From Escherichia coli (GTDB lineage Bacteria > Pseudomonadota > Gammaproteobacteria > Enterobacterales > Enterobacteriaceae): 64,000 nt of DNA. The stretch is taken from NCBI RefSeq assembly GCF_965641715.1, contig NZ_OZ282453.1. The stretch is one strand, 5' to 3'. The notes below the pieces were generated by a model. It did no database searches, had not been told where the DNA came from, and saw nothing but the letters and a program-made list of their open reading frames with translations. Below are positions 25,949 to 35,606 of the stretch, in pieces; position 1 is the stretch's first letter, and each line of letters opens with the position of its first letter. The translations under genes were made by a program, and so were the position numbers.

Positions 25949-25968
25949 GCTCCTTCGGGAGCTTTTTT
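25949..25968 (+). terminator. rho-independent terminator
   Basis: GCTCC-ttcg-GGAGC followed by TTTTTT. Confidence 0.75.
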
Positions 25969-26012
25969 GCTTAGTGTCTAGTCGATGGATACTCACATAT
26001 TACGGTAACATT

Positions 26013-26243
26013 ATGAAAAAAATAATAGTTTTTTTTAACTCTGAACCAGCAATGGTAGTGCCAGTGATGACCGGAGTTAACACCATCATGCGTGAATATC
26101 CAAATGGCGAAACAACACACCTCACTGTAATGGCTGCAGGGTTTCCATCTCTGACCGGAGATCATAAAGTCATTTATGTAGCAGCGGATCGACATGTAAC
26201 TTCAGAAGAAATTCTGGAAGCAGCAATGAGACTCTTGAATTGA
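26013..26243 (+). CDS. hypothetical 76-aa protein
   Basis: The internal ATG of ORF 25974..26243 gives MKKIIVFFNSEPAMVV.... Confidence 0.4.
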   Translation: MKKIIVFFNSEPAMVVPVMTGVNTIMREYPNGETTHLTVMAAGFPSLTGDHKVIYVAADRHVTSEEILEAAMRLLN

Positions 26244-26412
26244 TTTGATTCTAATGCATTGATAATAAATGATAATCATCTTTATCTGTTTGTGTGAAAT
26301 TTAGACCGTCGTATGTTGATTATTGCGATGTTTCATCTTATCTTTTATACGTTTGCTCCATATAATTGACACTACTGTGTACCAGGACAGTCATAACAGA
26401 CTAAAAGAGGAA

Positions 26413-26589
26413 ATGATGAACATTGAAGAGTTAAAAACAAAAACAGAAGCAGATATTTCTGAATATATAACAAAAAAAATCATTGAGCTTAAGAAAAAGA
26501 CTGGGAAAGAAGTTACCAGTATCCAGTTTACTGCACGGGAAAAAATGACTGGTCTTGAAAGCTATGATATCAAGATTGATTTAATCTAG
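26413..26589 (+). CDS. gnsB: GnsA/GnsB-family small protein
   Basis: SD AAGAGG. MMNIEELKTKTEADISEYITKKIIELKKKTGKEVTSIQFTAREKMTGLESYDIKIDLI resembles GnsB. Confidence 0.8.
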   Translation: MMNIEELKTKTEADISEYITKKIIELKKKTGKEVTSIQFTAREKMTGLESYDIKIDLI

Positions 26590-26884
26590 CATGTTTATAG
26601 TATTAGCATCAATTTCTCATCAGATGCTATTCAACAATACAAATTACCCATAAACCTCGTTTTTACGGGGTTTTGTTATATTTAAACATTACCGAATAGA
26701 TATAAATCTCGATTGTCGATGGTATTGGTTGTGTGACAATACCTAGTCTTTCCGGTATGCCTGAAGAGAATACAAACGACAGATTATGTAAGGGAAACGC
26801 GCTGAAACTTTCACTCTTTCATGCTGAGTGATTTGACGTTATATTTTTAGCCGCAAGTGAAGAGCAAACGAATGGAGCGACAAA

Positions 26885-27091
26885 ATGCATAAAGATCAAT
26901 ACACTGATGCCCCCTCCCAGGAGCAGGTTCGTGTAAAAACTATGCTTAATAGCACCATTTCGATGGGTTACCCGGATGTTGTAATTGCATGTATAGAACA
27001 TCAAGTATCTCTGGAAGCATTCAGGGCAATTGAGGCCGCGTTAGTAAAGCACGATAAGAATACGAAGGATTATTCCCTGGTGGTTGACTGA
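26885..27091 (+). CDS. hypothetical 68-aa protein
   Basis: ORF-track entry. Position upstream of cos and the terminase. Confidence 0.45.
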   Translation: MHKDQYTDAPSQEQVRVKTMLNSTISMGYPDVVIACIEHQVSLEAFRAIEAALVKHDKNTKDYSLVVD

Positions 27092-27457
27092 TCACCATAA
27101 CTGCTAACCATTCTGACCATTTCACAAGTGACAGAGTCAATATCGTATTCTGTCACTGTAAGGCTAATACAGTACTGCAATTCAACTACAGCAATGCCTC
27201 GTATTTAGGTGAATTTACAATATCGTCCAGTTCGGATGCCGGCTGCATTTCTGAAGATAAGGCATTTCGGTTCGCGTATTTTCCCCTCATGCTCGTCAGT
27301 CCTGCGCGTAGTAAGAAACAGGACACTCACACTAATTTGTGTGGGCATGCTGTGATGTCCTTCTGAATTATCCCCATGCCATTATGTAACGCTCTGTTTC
27401 AGATGCTCGTCACGGTTGTCAGGCTGTCGGGTCCTCCCAGTGGGGGTCCCTGCCACG

Positions 27458-27469
27458 GGGCGGGAGCGT
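27458..27469. other. putative cosN cohesive-end sequence GGGCGGGAGCGT
   Basis: cacGGGGCGGGAGCGTcgcgg resembles lambda cos GGGCGGCGACCTcgcgg. It lies about 175 nt upstream of the small terminase gene. Confidence 0.55.
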
Positions 27470-27643
27470 CGCGGAAAAAGGCTAGTTTTTGAAATTTTAT
27501 TCGTCATCACCACTACTTTAATTGATTGATATTACAGTGGTTTTATTTTTATGGTGTCGATTCTGATTGTTTTTTGTTCATCACTAACACCGTTTGCCTA
27601 AAGTTGTTCGCAAGATGCATGTTTAAAACATTCTGGAGCGGGT

Positions 27644-28138
27644 ATGGATCGAGAGTTAAAAAATCTGACGCTGAATATCAGTCAACTGGCGGCATTGTCA
27701 GGTGTACATCGCCAGACTGCTGCGGCAAGGCTGCAAAATCTACCCGTTGCAGGGGGGCATGAAAGCAACCTCAAGCTTTATCGGGTGGTTGATATTGTGT
27801 CGGCATTTCTGGCATTACCACCGCCGGTTGCAGAAGGCGAAATGGACGCGCATGAGCGCAAAGCCTGGTATCAGTCTGAACGTGAGCGTCTTAAGTTCGA
27901 ACAGGAAACGGCACAACTCATTCCGGCCAGTGATGTCAGACGGGAATTTGCCATCTGGGCAAAAGCGGTCGTGCAGGTGCTGGAGACATTACCGGATATT
28001 CTTGAACGTGACTGCGGTCTGCAGCCTGCCGCTGTGAGCCGTGTTCAGTCCATTATTGATGATCTGCGCGATCAGATAGCCCTGCGGGTGACTGAAGCAG
28101 GTGCGGATGATGAGGAGGAATTACAGCAGGAGGAGTAA
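27644..28138 (+). CDS. terminase small subunit (Nu1-like winged-HTH)
   Basis: 164 aa with an N-terminal HTH LNISQLAALSGVHRQTAAARL. Directly precedes TerL. Confidence 0.75.
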   Translation: MDRELKNLTLNISQLAALSGVHRQTAAARLQNLPVAGGHESNLKLYRVVDIVSAFLALPPPVAEGEMDAHERKAWYQSERERLKFEQETAQLIPASDVRREFAIWAKAVVQVLETLPDILERDCGLQPAAVSRVQSIIDDLRDQIALRVTEAGADDEEELQQEE

Positions 28139-30240
28139 TGCTGAATCAGGAAACCGCAAAGGCAGCACGAACCGATTCAGGTTATATCCTTCGCGCACCG
28201 AGACGAATGCGGGTTGCTGATGCCGTTGCTCAGTATATGCGGGTGCCTATGGGGGCAGGGAACTCAGTCCCGTGGGATCCGCTGGTGGCACCGTATGTTA
28301 TTGAGCCTATGAACTGCCTGGCCTCGCGTGAATACGACGCAGTGATATTTGTTGGCCCGGCACGAACCGGCAAGACTATCGGCCTGATTGACGGCTGGGT
28401 GATTTACAACGTGATTTGCGATCCTGCTGATATGCTGATCATTCAGATGACGGAGGAAAAAGCCCGCGAACACTCCAAAAAACGACTCGCCAGAACGTTT
28501 CGCGTCAGCCCGGAAGTGGTCAGTCGCCTGAGTCCGAACAAAAATGACAACAACGTTTATGACAGAACATTCCTTGCTGGCAACTACCTGAAAATCGGCT
28601 GGCCGTCAGTCAATATCATGTCTTCATCAGATTATAAATGCGTGGCGCTGACGGATTATGACCGTTTTCCGGAAGATATTGATGGTGAGGGGGATGCCTT
28701 CTCTCTTGCCTCAAAACGTACCACCACATTTATGTCCAGTGGTATGACGCTGGTGGAGAGTTCCCCCGGCAGGGATGTGAAGGATGTGAAATGGCGACGG
28801 ACTTCACCGCATGAGGCTCCACCAACCACGGGGATCCTGTCGCTCTATAACCGTGGCGATCGCCGTCGCTGGTACTGGCCCTGTCCACACTGTGGTGAGT
28901 ATTTTCAGCCCTGCGGCGATGTGGTTGCTGGTTTCCGTGATATTGCCGATCCTGTGCTGGCAAGTGAGGCGGCTTATATTCAGTGTCCTTGCTGTTCAGG
29001 ACGGATTTTGCCTGAACAAAAACGCGAGCTGAACGGACGTGGGGTCTGGTTACGGGATGGTGAATCCATCAATGCAGATGGCAGTCGTTATGGTGATCCC
29101 CGGCGTTCACGTATTGCGTCATTCTGGATGGAGGGTCCGGCAGCTGCTTATCAGACACTCTCGCAACTCGTTTACAAACTGCTTACTGCAGAACAGGAAT
29201 ACGAGACAACCGGAAGTGAAGAGACACTCAAGACGGTTATCAATACCGACTGGGGATTACCTTATCTTCCCCGCGCCAGCATGGAGCAACGAAAAAGTGA
29301 ATTGCTTGAGCAGCGGGCAGAGCCAGTTCCTTCCCGCAGTGTGCCGGATGGCGTTAATTTCCTTGTGGCGACAGTGGATGTGCAGGCGGGACGTCATCGC
29401 CGTTTTGTGGTTCAGGTAACGGGCTATGGCAGCCGTGGCGAACGCTGGATTATTGATCGTTACAACATCACGCAGTCATTGCGCGGTGACAGCGACGGGG
29501 AGAGCCAGCGAATTGATCCGGCCAGCTATCCGGAAGACTGGGATGTCCTGCTGACGGATGTTTTTCATAAAAGCTGGCCGCTGGCCTCCGATCCTTCTCA
29601 ACAAATGCGACTGATGGCAATGGCGGTGGACTCCGGCGGTGAAGACGGGGTCACTGATAATGCCTATAAATTCTGGCGTCGTTGCCGTCGTGATGGCCTT
29701 GGTAAACGTATTTACCTGTTTAAGGGTGACAGCATCCGGCGCGCAAAACTGATCAGCCGTACATTCCCTGATAACACCGGACGAACGGGCCGCCGGGCGC
29801 AGGCCGCAGGTGATGTGCCGCTCTGGCTTCTTCAGACGGATGCCCTGAAAGACCGGGTGAATAACGCGTTATGGCGTGACTCGCCAGGTCCCGGCTATGT
29901 GCATTTCCCTGACTGGCTGGGGAGCTGGTTTTACGACGAACTGACGTATGAAGAGCGGAGCAGTGACGGGAAATGGAGTAAGCCGGGTCGCGGTGCCAAC
30001 GAAGCTTTTGACCTGATGGTGTATGCCGAGGCTCTGGTCATTCTGCATGGATACGAAAAGATCCGCTGGCCGGATGCACCGGAGTGGGCGAGCCGGGAAA
30101 CCTGGCTGGAGTGTGTCCCGGACAGTACCGAACCGTCACCCACACCGGAACCGGTATCCACGCCTGTTAAAAAACAAAAACGGAAGAAAACAGTAACTGA
30201 CGATGTTAACCCCTGGCTGACTTCCGGAGGATGGTTATGA
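28138..30240 (+). CDS. terminase large subunit (lambda gpA family)
   Basis: 700 aa. Walker-A-like VGPARTGKT. Position and size fit the family. Confidence 0.88.
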   Translation: MLNQETAKAARTDSGYILRAPRRMRVADAVAQYMRVPMGAGNSVPWDPLVAPYVIEPMNCLASREYDAVIFVGPARTGKTIGLIDGWVIYNVICDPADMLIIQMTEEKAREHSKKRLARTFRVSPEVVSRLSPNKNDNNVYDRTFLAGNYLKIGWPSVNIMSSSDYKCVALTDYDRFPEDIDGEGDAFSLASKRTTTFMSSGMTLVESSPGRDVKDVKWRRTSPHEAPPTTGILSLYNRGDRRRWYWPCPHCGEYFQPCGDVVAGFRDIADPVLASEAAYIQCPCCSGRILPEQKRELNGRGVWLRDGESINADGSRYGDPRRSRIASFWMEGPAAAYQTLSQLVYKLLTAEQEYETTGSEETLKTVINTDWGLPYLPRASMEQRKSELLEQRAEPVPSRSVPDGVNFLVATVDVQAGRHRRFVVQVTGYGSRGERWIIDRYNITQSLRGDSDGESQRIDPASYPEDWDVLLTDVFHKSWPLASDPSQQMRLMAMAVDSGGEDGVTDNAYKFWRRCRRDGLGKRIYLFKGDSIRRAKLISRTFPDNTGRTGRRAQAAGDVPLWLLQTDALKDRVNNALWRDSPGPGYVHFPDWLGSWFYDELTYEERSSDGKWSKPGRGANEAFDLMVYAEALVILHGYEKIRWPDAPEWASRETWLECVPDSTEPSPTPEPVSTPVKKQKRKKTVTDDVNPWLTSGGWL

Positions 30241-30449
30241 ACCAGAATGATATCGAAGCCATGATTCAGCGTTATACGGAAGCTGAAATGGCGGTGCTGG
30301 ACGGAAAATCCGTCACCTTTAATGGTCAGCAGATGACCATGGAAAACTTATCTGAGATCCGGCAGGGACGGCAGGAGTGGGAGCGCCGCCTTGCGGCTCT
30401 GATTACACGACGACGGGGGCATCCCGGGTACCGGCTGGCGAGGTTCTGA
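30237..30449 (+). CDS. head-tail joining protein gpW-like
   Basis: 70 aa, ATGA overlap with TerL, C-terminus ...RRRGHPGYRLARF like lambda W. Confidence 0.7.
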   Translation: MNQNDIEAMIQRYTEAEMAVLDGKSVTFNGQQMTMENLSEIRQGRQEWERRLAALITRRRGHPGYRLARF

Positions 30450-31957
30450 TGGCAATTCTTGATGATGTGATTGGCGTTTTTTCACCAGGATGGAAAGCGG
30501 CAAGGCTGCGTTCCCGTGCGGTGATCCAGGCTTATGAGGCCGTAAAAACGACACGGACACACAAAGCCCGGCGGGAAAACCGAACTGCCGACCAGTTAAG
30601 CCAGTACGGGGCCGTGTCGTTACGTGAGCAGGCCCGTTACCTTGATAACAACCACGATCTGGTTATTGGTGTATTTGACAAGCTGGAAGAACGGGTGGTG
30701 GGGAAAAACGGGATTATTGTCGAGCCACATCCGGTATTACGCAATGGGGCCATTGCCCGTGATCTGGCAGCGGAGATACGCACCCGATGGAGTGAATGGT
30801 CTGTCAGTCCGGAAGTCACCGGGCAGTTTACCCGTCCGATGCTGGAACGTCTGATGCTGCGTACCTGGCTGCGCGATGGTGAGGTGTTTGCCCAGATGGT
30901 TTCCGGGCGCATAAACAGCCTGACGCCTTCTGCCGGTGTTCATTTCTGGCTGGAGGCGCTCGAGCCGGACTTTATTCCCATGACCAGTGATGAGAGCAAC
31001 AGGCTGAATCAGGGCGTGTTTGTTGATGACTGGGGGCGTCCCGAAAAATATCTGGTGTATAAAAGCCGTCCCGTATCCGGGCGGCAGATGGAAACCAAAG
31101 AAGTGGATGCAGAGCGAATGCTGCATCTTAAATTTGTTCGCCGTCTGCACCAGATGCGCGGGACGTCTTTGTTGTCCGGTGTGCTGATCCGCCTCAGTGC
31201 CCTGAAAGAGTATGAAGATTCTGAGCTGACTGCAGCAAGGATCGCCGCTGCTCTGGGGATGTACATCCGGAAAGGCGACGGGCAGAGCTATGAACCGGAT
31301 GGTAATGGCAGCAAGGAGAATGAACGCGAGCTTACCATTCAGCCAGGCATTATTTACGACGATCTGAAACCCGGCGAAGAAATCGGAATGGTGAAGTCGG
31401 ATCGTCCCAATCCTAACCTTGAAACTTTTCGTAATGGTCAGTTGCGTGCCGTGGCGGCGGGCAGTCGTCTGAGTTTTTCCAGTACGGCACGCAACTATAA
31501 CGGCACTTACAGCGCCCAGCGTCAGGAGCTGGTTGAATCCACTGATGGCTACCTGATCCTGCAGGACTGGTTTATTGGTGCCGTCACCCGCCCGATGTAT
31601 CGTGCCTGGCTGAAACAGGCTGTGGCATCCGGTGTTATCAGGCTACCTCGCGATCTTGACCGTTCTTCACTGTATACCGCGGTGTATTCCGGACCGGTGA
31701 TGCCGTGGATTGACCCTGTTAAGGAGGCTGAGGCCTGGAAAATTCAGATTCGTGGTGGAGCGGCGACAGAATCAGACTGGGTACGTGCAGGTGGTCGTAA
31801 TCCGGATGATGTCAAACGTCGGCGCAAGGCCGAAATTGATGAAAACCGCAAGCTGGATCTGGTATTTGATACCGATCCGGCCAGTGATAAAGGAGGCAGC
31901 AGTGCCGCAACGAAACGACAGGAGCCGCAGCACACCGACGACCAGTCCGAAGAATAA
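30449..31957 (+). CDS. portal protein (lambda gpB family)
   Basis: The ATG overlaps the W stop. MAILDDVIGVFSPGWKAARL...; 502 aa. Confidence 0.88.
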   Translation: MAILDDVIGVFSPGWKAARLRSRAVIQAYEAVKTTRTHKARRENRTADQLSQYGAVSLREQARYLDNNHDLVIGVFDKLEERVVGKNGIIVEPHPVLRNGAIARDLAAEIRTRWSEWSVSPEVTGQFTRPMLERLMLRTWLRDGEVFAQMVSGRINSLTPSAGVHFWLEALEPDFIPMTSDESNRLNQGVFVDDWGRPEKYLVYKSRPVSGRQMETKEVDAERMLHLKFVRRLHQMRGTSLLSGVLIRLSALKEYEDSELTAARIAAALGMYIRKGDGQSYEPDGNGSKENERELTIQPGIIYDDLKPGEEIGMVKSDRPNPNLETFRNGQLRAVAAGSRLSFSSTARNYNGTYSAQRQELVESTDGYLILQDWFIGAVTRPMYRAWLKQAVASGVIRLPRDLDRSSLYTAVYSGPVMPWIDPVKEAEAWKIQIRGGAATESDWVRAGGRNPDDVKRRRKAEIDENRKLDLVFDTDPASDKGGSSAATKRQEPQHTDDQSEE

Positions 31958-33929
31958 TTCCTGGTTCAGGATGCAGGCAGGTCACCAGAGTGACGCGGAT
32001 ATTTATATTTATGACGAGATTGGTTTCTGGGGTGTTACAGCGAAGCAGTTTATCAGTGATCTGAATGCACTGGGCGATATCACCCACATTAATCTCCATA
32101 TTAATTCACCGGGTGGCGATGTCTTTGAAGGCATCGCCATTTTTAATGCACTGAAAACACATGGTGCGTCCATTACCGTTTATGTCGACGGTGTGGCGGC
32201 GTCAATGGCGTCGGTCATTGCGATGGTGGGAAACCCGGTCATTATGCCGGAAAACTCCTTCATGATGATTCATAAACCATTTGGCTTTACGGGCGGTGAT
32301 GCGGAGGACATGCGCACCTATGCCGACCTGCTCGATAAAGTTGAGGCGGTTCTGTTACCCGCTTATGCACAGAAAACCGGGAAAACCACCGATGAAATTG
32401 CTGCCATGCTGGCGGATGAGACCTGGATGTCCGGTGCCGAATGTCTGGCACAGGGATTTGCTGATCAGGTGACACCAGCCGTTAAGGCAATGGCATGTAT
32501 TCAGTCAAAACGTACAGAGGAATTTAAAAAGATGCCGGAATCCATTCGAAACATGATTACTCCGCCACGCAACAGTGCTCCACGCGTACAGGATGATGAA
32601 CCTGCAGCCTCCCGGACGCCAGTGCAGGCAGCAGCACCCGTGGTGGATGAAAACAGTATCCGTGCGCAGGTACTGGCAGAGCAAAAAGCGCGTGTAAACG
32701 GTATTAATGATCTGTTTGCCATGTTTGGCGGGCGTTATCAGACGCTGCAGGCCCAGTGTCTTGCCGATCCTGAATGTTCGCTGGAGCAGGCCCGTGAAAA
32801 GCTGTTGAACGAGATGGGGCGCGAGTCCACGCCATCCAATAAAAATACCCCGGCTCATATTTATGCCGGTAACGGTAATTTTGTGGGGGACGGGATTCGC
32901 CAGGCGCTGATGGCGCGTGCCGGATTTGAAAAAACCGAACGTGATAATGTCTACAACGGGATGACCCTGCGTGAATATGCCCGTATGTCACTAACTGAAC
33001 GGGGTATTGGGGTTTCCGGTTATAACCCGATGCAGATGGTCGGTGCGGCGTTCACACACAGTACGTCTGACTTCGGTAATATTCTGCTGGATGTTGCGAA
33101 CAAAGCCATTCTGCAGGGCTGGGAAGATGCCCCTGAAACCTATGAACAGTGGACGCGGAAAGGTCAGTTGTCTGATTTTAAAATTGCCCATCGTGTGGGT
33201 ATGGGGGGCTTCAGTGCTCTACGTCAGGTGCGTGAAGGGGCGGAATATAAATACGTCACCACCGGAGATAAACAGGCCACTATTGCACTGGCGACCTATG
33301 GCGAGCTGTTCAGTATCACCCGTCAGGCCATTATCAATGATGATCTGAATATGCTGACCGATGTCCCGATGAAACTGGGCCGTGCGGCGAAATCCACTAT
33401 TGCCGATCTGGTTTATGCCATTCTGACGTCTAACCCGAAAATCTCCACAGATAATGTAAGTCTGTTCGATAAAGCGAAACATGCAAACGTACTGGAGAGC
33501 GCTGCAATGGACGTGGCATCGCTGGATAAAGCCCGCCAGTTGATGCGCGTTCAGAAAGAGGGGGAGCGTCATCTGAATATTCGTCCTGCGTTCGTACTGG
33601 TACCGACGGCGATGGAGTCTGTTGCTAACCAGGTCATTCGCTCCTCAAGTGTCAAGGGGGCTGACATTAACGCCGGTATTATTAACCCGGTGAAAGATTT
33701 TGCGACCGTTATTGCAGAGCCTCGTCTTGATGATAACAGCCAGACCACCTTCTACCTGGCTGCGTCAAAAGGCTCCGATACGATTGAAGTGGCTTATCTC
33801 AACGGTGTGGATACGCCATATATTGATCAGATGGAGGGCTTCAGTGTGGATGGCGTGACAACGAAAGTGCGTATTGACGCCGGTGTCGCGCCAGTTGATC
33901 ACCGCGGTCTGGTGAAATGTACGGCGTAA
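31902..33929 (+). CDS. prohead protease (ClpP/S49-like) fused to scaffold and major capsid protein
   Basis: AGGAGG then GTG 31902. The N-terminus DIYIYDEIGFWGV...NSPGGDVFEG...ASMASVIAM is ClpP-like and the C-terminal ~350 aa is capsid-like. 675 aa. Confidence 0.8.
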   Translation: MPQRNDRSRSTPTTSPKNNSWFRMQAGHQSDADIYIYDEIGFWGVTAKQFISDLNALGDITHINLHINSPGGDVFEGIAIFNALKTHGASITVYVDGVAASMASVIAMVGNPVIMPENSFMMIHKPFGFTGGDAEDMRTYADLLDKVEAVLLPAYAQKTGKTTDEIAAMLADETWMSGAECLAQGFADQVTPAVKAMACIQSKRTEEFKKMPESIRNMITPPRNSAPRVQDDEPAASRTPVQAAAPVVDENSIRAQVLAEQKARVNGINDLFAMFGGRYQTLQAQCLADPECSLEQAREKLLNEMGRESTPSNKNTPAHIYAGNGNFVGDGIRQALMARAGFEKTERDNVYNGMTLREYARMSLTERGIGVSGYNPMQMVGAAFTHSTSDFGNILLDVANKAILQGWEDAPETYEQWTRKGQLSDFKIAHRVGMGGFSALRQVREGAEYKYVTTGDKQATIALATYGELFSITRQAIINDDLNMLTDVPMKLGRAAKSTIADLVYAILTSNPKISTDNVSLFDKAKHANVLESAAMDVASLDKARQLMRVQKEGERHLNIRPAFVLVPTAMESVANQVIRSSSVKGADINAGIINPVKDFATVIAEPRLDDNSQTTFYLAASKGSDTIEVAYLNGVDTPYIDQMEGFSVDGVTTKVRIDAGVAPVDHRGLVKCTA

Positions 33930-33952
33930 ACGTCGCAGACAACAACTCTGAT

Positions 33953-33972
33953 GGCCCGTAAGGGCTTTTTTT
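33953..33972 (+). terminator. terminator after the capsid gene
   Basis: GCCC-gtaa-GGGC followed by TTTTTTT. Confidence 0.6.
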
Positions 33973-34015
33973 GTACCTGAAATCAGCCCCTGAACGGGGC
34001 TGTGCGGAGACAGTT

Positions 34016-34339
34016 ATGGCAAAGAATTTTGTAGAAGAAGGAAAAACGGTGGCGATTGTTGCCAGTGCAGCCATCAGCAGCGGAGATCTGGTGCAGGTGG
34101 GCGATGTTTTTGCGGTGGCGCTGACCGATATTCCACAGGGTGAAACAGGCGACGGCATGACCGAAGGTGTGTTTATGCTGCCTAAGCTGAAAACGGATGA
34201 CATGAAAACGGGTAAGAAGGTTTATCTGAAGTCCGGAAAAGTTCAGCTGACTAACAGCGGCTCTGATCCGCTGGTCGGGGTTGTCTGGGCAGATGCCGGA
34301 ACCAGTGCAGAAGAAGTGCCGGTAAAACTCAATGTCTGA
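34016..34339 (+). CDS. DUF2190-type head decoration/cement-like protein
   Basis: SD GGAGA. MAKNFVEEGKTVAIVASAAISSGDLVQVG..., 107 aa. Confidence 0.6.
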   Translation: MAKNFVEEGKTVAIVASAAISSGDLVQVGDVFAVALTDIPQGETGDGMTEGVFMLPKLKTDDMKTGKKVYLKSGKVQLTNSGSDPLVGVVWADAGTSAEEVPVKLNV

Positions 34340-34607
34340 TCCCTTTTCCCGGCTGGCAGCGCGTATGGATGCTATCACGGTCAGAAAGATGGGAAAGACA
34401 GCCTCGATTAATGATGTCGATATGACTGTGATCCCGGGAGAAACACTGGCAGAGCTGAATGCTCTGTCCGGACCTGCGGTCTCTCTGGTGGTGTTTTCTT
34501 CGGGATACCGCCCACGGCGCGGGGATCGCGTTGTTTATGACGGACAACAATGGACGGTCACACGGCATGAACGTTTTAACGGTAAGCCAATGATCTTTAT
34601 TGAGTAA
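34332..34607 (+). CDS. head-tail attachment (FII-like) protein
   Basis: 91 aa. Position between the head and tail-completion genes. Confidence 0.55.
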   Translation: MSDPFSRLAARMDAITVRKMGKTASINDVDMTVIPGETLAELNALSGPAVSLVVFSSGYRPRRGDRVVYDGQQWTVTRHERFNGKPMIFIE

Positions 34608-34618
34608 AGAGGTGTGGG

Positions 34619-35197
34619 ATGAAGGGGCTTGAGAATGCCATCCGTAATCTGAACAGCCTTGATACCCGTATGGTGCCACAGGCCAGCGCATGGGCGATAA
34701 ACCGTGTGGCACAGAAAGCGGTCTCGGTCGCCACCCGGCAGGTTGCCGGGAATACCGTTGCGGGAGATAACCAGGTGAAAGGGATCCCCCTGAAACTGGT
34801 ACGTCAGCGTGTCCGGGTGTTTAAAGCCAGTCCGTCAGGAAAAATGACGGCCAGGATCCGCGTTAACCGGGGCAATCTGCCCGCTATTAAGCTGGGGACA
34901 GCCCGGGTCAGACTGGCCCGGCGTGGTGGAAAACTGCAGTACCGTGGCAGTGTGCTGAAGGTGGGTAAATATCTTTTCCGGGATGCGTTTATTCAGCAAC
35001 TGGCGAATGGTCGCTGGCATGTGATGCGGCGTATTGATGGCAAAAATCGTTACCCCATTGATGTGGTGAAAGTCCCGCTGTCCGGACCGCTGACACAGGC
35101 ATTTGAAGATGCCCGCGACCGCATTATTGCTGCGGAAATGCCGAAACAGCTGGGGTATGCACTGAAACAACAACTGAGGTTATGGCTGACCCGATGA
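34619..35197 (+). CDS. Z: tail completion protein Z
   Basis: 192 aa. ...NGRWHVMRRIDGKNRYPIDVVKVP... matches lambda gpZ. Confidence 0.85.
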   Translation: MKGLENAIRNLNSLDTRMVPQASAWAINRVAQKAVSVATRQVAGNTVAGDNQVKGIPLKLVRQRVRVFKASPSGKMTARIRVNRGNLPAIKLGTARVRLARRGGKLQYRGSVLKVGKYLFRDAFIQQLANGRWHVMRRIDGKNRYPIDVVKVPLSGPLTQAFEDARDRIIAAEMPKQLGYALKQQLRLWLTR

Positions 35198-35595
35198 ACC
35201 GACATACACAAATCCGCCAGGCCGTACTGGCACGCCTTCGGGAACAGTGTGGAGACAGCGCCACGTTTTTTGACGGGCTTCCGGCATTTATTGATGCGCA
35301 GGAACTGCCTGCCGTGGCGGTGTGGCTGAGTGATGCTCAGTACACCGGAAAAATGACGGATGAAGATGACTGGCAGGCTGTTCTGCATATTGCTGTCTTC
35401 ATCCGGGCACAGGCACCGGATTCAGAGCTGGATATGTGGATGGAGAGCACCATTTTCCCGGCCCTGAATGATATACCGGCACTTTCCGGACTCATCGACA
35501 CCCTGATCCCTCTCGGTTTTAACTATCAACGTGATAATGAGATGGCCACCTGGGCGATGGCGGAAATCACGTACCAGATCACGTACACGAATTAA
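35194..35595 (+). CDS. U: tail terminator protein U
   Basis: ATGA overlap with Z. ...ATFFDGLPAFIDAQELPAVAVWLSDAQYTG... resembles lambda gpU. Confidence 0.85.
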   Translation: MNRHTQIRQAVLARLREQCGDSATFFDGLPAFIDAQELPAVAVWLSDAQYTGKMTDEDDWQAVLHIAVFIRAQAPDSELDMWMESTIFPALNDIPALSGLIDTLIPLGFNYQRDNEMATWAMAEITYQITYTN

Positions 35596-35606
35596 AGGAG
35601 GTGGCA

